Assembly: GCA_046756285.1 (NCBI GenBank)
Contig: JBHHWA010000001.1
Location: 1-25,487 of the forward strand
Source of the DNA: Thermoplasmata archaeon
GTDB taxonomy: Archaea; Thermoplasmatota; Thermoplasmata; RBG-16-68-12; JAJISG01
Direction: 5' to 3'
DNA length: 25,487 nt
Shown: positions 23,830-25,487 of the stretch, one piece after another
Layout of the letters: each line of letters begins with the position of its first letter
How positions within the stretch are numbered: the stretch's first letter is position 1
The notes under the pieces: model-generated
Told to the model about the DNA's origin: nothing
The model's input: the letters and a program-made list of their open reading frames with translations, nothing else
Database searches by the model: none
Position numbers and translations under genes: made by a program

Positions 23830-24549
23830 CTAGTCGCCTGTCTCCTTCCCCTGCATTTCGCGAGCCCGGCGAATCAGTCGCCTGGCCTCCTTCTTTCCGA
23901 TGGAGGTCTCTCGGGCGACTTCCGCGGGCTGTGCCCTCGCCAGTTCCTCGGGGGTCCGGATCCCCATGGCTCTGAGCTCCGGAAGCCGGCCCTTCCCGAT
24001 GCCGGGGATGGAAGCCAGGGTGGAGGTCGTGGCTCGGCGGTTCCACCAAGGTCGGACCACTTTCACGTACGCGATGGAAAAACCTACGAGGGCGGCAGTG
24101 GGGATGCCCACGTAGAGAGCGGCTAGGGCCAAGGGGTTGGTGGGGGCCACGCACTCCCCTCCGGTGCCGGCCGGAACCACGAGGTCGACCCGGCTCTCCC
24201 CCCACGCGTCGTCAGCGGGTCCCGCCGTTACCGTGCTCGACCTCGTCACCCCCGTTCCCGGGACCTGGACCTGAAAGGTCGCCCCTTCATCATTCGGAGG
24301 GGGGGCATTCGGACCATGGAAGTGGAGCTCGATGCGATACCTCCCTTCGTGGTCGGTGAACCCTGAGGGGGAATTCCCGTCCCGATCAGGTCCCGCCCGT
24401 ATGGCTACGCCGCACGCCGGCGAGCCGTTTTCGTGCGTCAGGCGTCCGCTTACGTAGTAGCTGTGATCCGGGTCATGGGTTCCCAGCCCAGAGATCGGCA
24501 GGACGAGGAGGGAAAGGAGGATGGCAATTACCCCCAAACTCTGACGCAT
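23830..24549 (-). CDS. Membrane protein: signal peptide, predicted extracellular beta-sandwich, TM helix, C-terminal helix-hairpin-helix domain
   Basis: MRQSLGVIAILLSLLVLPISG signal; YYVSGRLTHENG...FTDHEGRYRIEL (carboxypeptidase-regulatory-like); TM LALAALYVGIPTAALVGFSIAYV; HhH LASIPGIGKGRLPELRAMGIRTPEELA...IGKKEARRLI. Confidence 0.8.
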   Translation of the reverse strand: MRQSLGVIAILLSLLVLPISGLGTHDPDHSYYVSGRLTHENGSPACGVAIRAGPDRDGNSPSGFTDHEGRYRIELHFHGPNAPPPNDEGATFQVQVPGTGVTRSSTVTAGPADDAWGESRVDLVVPAGTGGECVAPTNPLALAALYVGIPTAALVGFSIAYVKVVRPWWNRRATTSTLASIPGIGKGRLPELRAMGIRTPEELARAQPAEVARETSIGKKEARRLIRRAREMQGKETGD

Positions 24550-24568
24550 GCTGCGGCCTCGGAGGCCG

Positions 24569-25487
24569 TTATGCGGCGCGGTTTACTATAGTTATCACAT
24601 CGCCATCCCGGAGCGTATGGTCGAGGCCGGTCGTCTGGCCTGGAAACCTCGCACTCGACCCCCACACGCGAGCATGCCTGAACCGCTTTGCAAAATTCCC
24701 GTGCAAGAGCTGGCAGACGTCCGCGACTGTGGCCCCTTCCCGGAGGATTACCGGTTCCTTTGAGGCATCCCTCTGGCCGCGTGGCTTCAGGTACACCCGG
24801 ATGAAGGAGAGCCGCGTGTAGATGGTCTCGATGAGCGTGCCGATGCCGACCTCCTCCTTCGCGGAGACGGGCACCGTCGTCCAACCCTCCATCCTGAGGC
24901 GGATGTCGGCGACGACCTCCGACCCCACGAGATCGATCTTGTTTAGCACGATCAGGCCCGGGACGTAAACGCGATTGCCTGCCAGATGATCCACGAGCCT
25001 CGCCAGACTCAGGTCCTCCTGCAGCGCGATTTCGCCGTTGATGAGGCCCCACTCACGGGCGACGGCGCTTACGGTCTCCTCGTCCAGGTCGGTCTGCGGG
25101 ACGGAGAACACCACGCTGAGTCCTCCCCGGTCCGTCTTGCGGACAGAGACCCGAGGCGGGGTCTCGTTGAGGCGTAGGCCTCCGTCGTAGAGTTCGCGAA
25201 CGAGCGGGCCTGGATCCGGGCGTTCGACGTCGACCATGAGAAGCAGGAGGTCGGCCACGCGGACCTGTGAGAGGACTTCCCGGCCACGTCCCCGTCCGCG
25301 GGCGGCCCCCTCCGTGAGGCCGGGGAGGTCGAGAAGTTGGATCCTGGCCCCTCGATGGGCGAGGATTCCCGGTACCGCCCGAAGCGTCGTGAAGTCGTAC
25401 TCCCCCACCTGACTCGTGGCCTCGGTGATGATGTTCAGGAGGGTACTCTTCCCCACGCTCGGATACCCGGCGAGTGCCACGGTGGCG
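24569..25487 (-). CDS. DRG/OBG-family GTPase with TGS domain; 5' end runs off the window
   Basis: G1 GYPSVGKST, G2 YDFTT, G3 DLPG, GRGRGREV, G4 NKID, TGS region FRHARVWGSSARFPGQ...LRDGDV. The frame stays open to the window edge. Confidence 0.93.
   Translation of the reverse strand, partial: ATVALAGYPSVGKSTLLNIITEATSQVGEYDFTTLRAVPGILAHRGARIQLLDLPGLTEGAARGRGRGREVLSQVRVADLLLLMVDVERPDPGPLVRELYDGGLRLNETPPRVSVRKTDRGGLSVVFSVPQTDLDEETVSAVAREWGLINGEIALQEDLSLARLVDHLAGNRVYVPGLIVLNKIDLVGSEVVADIRLRMEGWTTVPVSAKEEVGIGTLIETIYTRLSFIRVYLKPRGQRDASKEPVILREGATVADVCQLLHGNFAKRFRHARVWGSSARFPGQTTGLDHTLRDGDVITIVNRAA

Noticed and set aside
1-25487. CRISPR arrays, tRNA/rRNA genes, IS elements, prophage genes
   Set aside because: All intergenic gaps are under about 260 bp, and none showed repeat-spacer, cloverleaf or terminal-repeat structure; no transposase or integrase motifs were seen.

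Overview
High-GC archaeal chromosomal window, most consistent with an uncultured Thermoplasmata lineage (inference from gene content). Housekeeping genes: endA (partial), COG1395-type HTH regulator, UPF0201, PolD small subunit DP1, a metallophosphoesterase, S26 signal peptidase, cdc6, nadE, valS and a DRG GTPase (partial). Among them are three paralogous giant (937-1271 aa) pilin-like proteins. Each has a class III signal peptide/archaeal pilin N-terminus, an acidic stalk and a predicted 7-blade FG-GAP beta-propeller, which suggests an archaeal analogue of PilY1-type pilus adhesins. Two of the three carry two related domains, one nested in the other, inserted into the propeller. All three promoters share CGATAATC-N7-AACG-W-TTAA-N4-GCT. 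The tandem pair shares a perfect 277-bp promoter/leader block set in otherwise diverged sequence (gene-conversion signature). The duplication also left a decayed copy of the signal-peptidase promoter and first codons. Other oddities: a GAF-PAS protein with a histone-H1-like SPKK tail, a ValRS with AMHDS in place of KMSKS, and a signal-peptide/beta-sandwich/TM/HhH protein. No rRNA, tRNA, CRISPR or mobile-element genes were recognised.
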